DNA from: Pseudomonadota bacterium | GTDB lineage: Bacteria; Myxococcota; JACRCW01; JAFGSX01 | Assembly: GCA_043821645.1 (NCBI GenBank) | Contig: JBDRCO010000037.1 | Span: 1 to 64,000, forward strand | Direction of reading: 5' to 3' | Length of the DNA: 64,000 bases | In this document: in pieces, positions 61,026 through 64,000 of the stretch | Position numbering within the stretch: the first letter of the stretch is position 1 | Layout of the letters: each line of letters opens with the position of its first letter | The notes under the pieces: generated by a model | What the model saw: only the letters and a program-made list of their open reading frames with translations | What the model was told of the DNA's origin: nothing | Database searches by the model: none | Made by a program: the position numbers and the translations under genes

Positions 61026-61258
61026 GCCGCCAACCTGCGCGACGCCGGGCAGCGCGTGACGAGCGAGGCGTCGATGGCCAAGGTCTTTGCCACCGAGGCC
61101 TGCGGTCGTGCCGTGGATCGCATGCTTCAGATCCACGGTGGCTACGGCTCCACCCGCGATGACCCCATCGAGCGCCTGTACCGCGACGCCCGGGTGTTTC
61201 GCATCTATGAGGGCACTTCCGAGATCCAGCGCCTGGTCATCGCACGGCAGATCCTGCA
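61026..61258 (+). pseudogene. Duplicated 3' fragment of acyl-CoA dehydrogenase (repeat copy 2)
   Basis: Lacks the N-terminal ~300 codons; conserved GYGYTRDYP changed to GYGSTRDDP. Confidence 0.9.
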
Positions 61259-61421
61259 ACACCACCGAGGCGGCCACGGCCACTGCCCGCGGTTTTTTAA
61301 ACGGATGGGTCTTTTGCCACCGCTCGTCGCCTGACCGGACCTGCCAGAGCTCCAAAATGAGGTCGTCAATGCTACTCGGTATAGCCGTCACGCATTCTGC
61401 CTGCTGTCTTCGAGGTGAGCG

Positions 61422-62780
61422 ATGAGCAACGTCGTCGTCGAGCGCGGTCAGAGCCTGTGGTCCATCGCCCGTAGCCAGCTCCCCGGCGGATCTTCCGACG
61501 CCACCATACAGCAGGCCGTCCGCGACATCGCCAAGGCCAATGGCCTGGCACCCGACGCCAGGCTGAAGCCGCACCAGACGCTGGTCATCCCCGATGCCTA
61601 CACCGGTGTGTCGGCGTCGAACACGGTGGCCGAGTCGCTGCCGCGCCTGAGCACCGCCGGATCCAGCGCAAATGTTCTCACCGCGCGTCTGGGGGCCACG
61701 GCCAAGCCGCTCGTGTCCTTCAAGGCCATATTCTCGGACACCGTGCGCAAAGACCTTGGCGCCGTCGACCTCCCCGCGATAGCAGGCACGCCCGTTTTGG
61801 GGCAGCGCCAGCGGTACGAGGGCCTGCGGAGCTCGATAGGCGAGGCGTCGCTGAACACCGTGGACGCGCGGCTGGGCACGCTCTCCCGTGAGCAATTCGA
61901 TGCGGTGCACGCCCAGCTGGGTGGTCGCTCGGGAGTGACCTACGACGCCGGCCGGGACTACCGCGTGGTCGACTTCTTGCCTCCTGCGCTGCAGGCCCTG
62001 CTGCACAAGGACCTCGAGATCCCTGAGCCCGTCGAAATCATGGGTACCAAGAAGCTGGTGCAGAATCTCATCGAGCAGGGCGGCATGCTCATCGGGGATG
62101 ACCCCGAGGGTGCAAACCTCGATGTGAACCTGACCATGAACTGCCACGCCACGGCCTGGGAGGCTGCGCGCGCCTACCAGGGGACGTCGGGGTCCGTGGC
62201 GGTGTTCTATGGCGAGATGATCACGATGGATGGGTTGTGCCAGGACCCCAAGCTGTTCGACAAGGTCGGAGAGGTCGACGCTGCACACATCAAGGACCTG
62301 ACCCGGCTCGACCTCAAGCCCGGTGACCTGGTGCAGTTTCACGAAGTCAGCGACTGGGCACGCATGACCATGCTGCTGCACACGGCGGTGTACGTCGGCG
62401 GCGGCCTGTTCTTCGAGAAGCCCAACACCGAGGGGCCCGAAAAAGCCGACCCTGCCCGCTACATCCAGCAAGACGAGACGCCGTTCAGGCTGGCCACCCT
62501 GGATGACATGGTCGCACCTCTGAGTGATGCCGTGGAGGGGAAGTTTCGTGTCGAGGTACTCAGACCCAGGGTCTCGCTCGAGGATCCGGGCATTGCCTTC
62601 GCCTCGTCCGTGGCCGAGCCCGTCACGCAGTGGGCGGGTAAGAAGGGGCGACAGCTGGGAGTGGAGCTGGTGTCCGAGTTCGAACAGGGCATGGGCGGTG
62701 GCATCCGCGCAGAGCACGTGAGCGCTTTGGTGCGTGTGCCTGTGGTTACCCAGGACGATGGCACGGCTGTCCTCGGCTGA
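61422..62780 (+). CDS. LysM domain protein with NlpC/P60-like (papain-fold) C-terminal domain
   Basis: VVERGQSLWSIA..IAKANGL..LKPHQTLVIP; MNCHATAW; KPGDLVQF..LHTAVYVGGGLFFEK. Confidence 0.75.
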   Translation: MSNVVVERGQSLWSIARSQLPGGSSDATIQQAVRDIAKANGLAPDARLKPHQTLVIPDAYTGVSASNTVAESLPRLSTAGSSANVLTARLGATAKPLVSFKAIFSDTVRKDLGAVDLPAIAGTPVLGQRQRYEGLRSSIGEASLNTVDARLGTLSREQFDAVHAQLGGRSGVTYDAGRDYRVVDFLPPALQALLHKDLEIPEPVEIMGTKKLVQNLIEQGGMLIGDDPEGANLDVNLTMNCHATAWEAARAYQGTSGSVAVFYGEMITMDGLCQDPKLFDKVGEVDAAHIKDLTRLDLKPGDLVQFHEVSDWARMTMLLHTAVYVGGGLFFEKPNTEGPEKADPARYIQQDETPFRLATLDDMVAPLSDAVEGKFRVEVLRPRVSLEDPGIAFASSVAEPVTQWAGKKGRQLGVELVSEFEQGMGGGIRAEHVSALVRVPVVTQDDGTAVLG

Positions 62781-62844
62781 GCTGGCCAGGGCTCAGGACG
62801 CGGGTATTTGGCTAGTTCCATGCCACCCGGCTACACTGAGCTTG

Positions 62845-63528
62845 ATGCGCAGACTCCATGCACTGGCCAGATTCGCGTTCGCCATGACCCTGGTCCTGGT
62901 CAGCCCGCTGCGTGCGAGCGATCCCCCCGACGAGGAGATCCCCATCGACAAGTCCCTGGCCTACCGCACCCTGCAGGCCGAGATTCGGGCTCTCGAGAAA
63001 GACATCGCGACTCGGCAGTTTGGCTACTACGGACAGTCCGAGCGCGATCGGCTCAAAAAGGACCTGCTGCATCTCAAGCAGGTGCAGAAGCGTGTCGACG
63101 GTTACGTGTTTGCACTTCCAGCCAACTGCGATGAGTACCAGCCCCTGGCCACGGGCAAGCAGCCATCGCAGAACGTTGTGCAGATGGGGCCAGACGAATC
63201 GCACGTGCTCCTGGCCCCCGATCGCAACCACTTTGGTGAAAAACCCATCAATGCCTACACGGCGAGGGATGTCCGCTGCCGGCCGCGCATGCGAATCTCC
63301 GACGCCATGCTGCTCAAGGTGCGTGAGGCCGAGGACCTGCGCCGCACCCTCGGCGCGCGAAACTTCGACTTCGAACACCGCGACCAGAAGCACGAAGCCG
63401 AGCAGCACCTGGCAGACCTCGAGCTCGAGCTGCGGCAGGCCGGCGTCCCGGGTGATATCCACGCCGCGCCACCACGCCCCGAGAAGGCCGACCTGCAGAT
63501 CATGAGCGGACAGCCCGTTCACCGCTGA
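62845..63528 (+). CDS. Exported hypothetical protein
   Basis: Signal peptide-like N-terminus ending PLRA-S; coiled-coil segments. Confidence 0.6.
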   Translation: MRRLHALARFAFAMTLVLVSPLRASDPPDEEIPIDKSLAYRTLQAEIRALEKDIATRQFGYYGQSERDRLKKDLLHLKQVQKRVDGYVFALPANCDEYQPLATGKQPSQNVVQMGPDESHVLLAPDRNHFGEKPINAYTARDVRCRPRMRISDAMLLKVREAEDLRRTLGARNFDFEHRDQKHEAEQHLADLELELRQAGVPGDIHAAPPRPEKADLQIMSGQPVHR

Positions 63529-63593
63529 TCGCGTCCCGCCTTCACCCCGACTTGGTTCTGCGCCACAGTAGACCCCTTGCCGAGGGAGGCGAC

Positions 63594-64000
63594 ATGGATC
63601 CGCGTGCATGGCCCGCGAAGCTTGGGGTGCTTGGCATGGCGGGCGTGCATCGTGCACTGAACGGCGTGCTGCGACGGCCCGTGGCAGTCCTCATCGCCTG
63701 CGCCGTGTTGACCGGGCTGTCGCTGGTCAGCGCCAGTCGTATCCAGATCAAGACCTCGTTCTGGGACACCATGTCCGAGGACGAACCCGTGATCGCCCGC
63801 ATCCGGCGCCTGGCGACCAATTTTCCCGCTGCCATGACAGCCATGGTGGTGCTCGAGGGCAACGAGCCCGATCGCCTCGTCGAGGTGGCCCGCCGCATCG
63901 AGCAGGACCTGCGCCGCGAGCTCGAGCAGGTGCGCGGGGTCTACCTCGAGCAGGACCTCGCGTTCTTCGAGCAGCGGGCCCTGCTGTACCTTCCCGTTGA
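63594..64000 (+). CDS. MMPL/RND family transporter, N-terminus (runs off the window; not in the ORF track)
   Basis: GGGAGG RBS; own translation MDPRAW..RRPVAVLIACAVLTGLSLVSASRIQIKTS..MVVLEG..AFFEQRALLYLP. Confidence 0.7.
   Translation, partial: MDPRAWPAKLGVLGMAGVHRALNGVLRRPVAVLIACAVLTGLSLVSASRIQIKTSFWDTMSEDEPVIARIRRLATNFPAAMTAMVVLEGNEPDRLVEVARRIEQDLRRELEQVRGVYLEQDLAFFEQRALLYLPV

Noticed and set aside
58591-61258. Diversity-generating retroelement template/variable repeat pair
   Set aside because: Mismatches are not confined to adenines on either strand, there is no reverse transcriptase in the window, and the repeat is a housekeeping gene end
63608-64000. ORF-track 130-aa protein
   Set aside because: Wrong frame; the frame from ATG 63594 has an RBS and gives an MMPL-like protein

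Overview
High-GC bacterial chromosomal DNA, most likely Myxococcota or a related deltaproteobacterial lineage (two MYXO-CTERM-like tails, a TIGR02266-like PilZ protein and a Ser/Thr kinase-PEGA protein). About 53 CDSs are supportable. I found no rRNA, tRNA, CRISPR array, integrase or transposase. Main blocks: ffh and an orphan nuoI; a translationally coupled operon of Rieske, split cytochrome b, heptaheme cytochrome c, Tat-exported GMC dehydrogenase and methyltransferase; a radical SAM/SPASM enzyme with an RRE-like N-terminus, divergent from two orphan genes; two MYXO-CTERM surface proteins; a creBCD-like locus with a shared 18-bp operator; a glgC-glgA(GlgM type)-lipoprotein-glgE operon followed by a kinase; a 2-hydroxyacyl-CoA dehydratase/activase/ADP-forming ligase/symporter cluster; and a thiolase/acyl-CoA dehydrogenase operon. 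The last gene of that operon has its 3' 233 bp duplicated around an apparently lower-GC inserted gene. All calls come from motif reading by eye; no database searches were run, and start codons were chosen from RBS and gene-overlap context.
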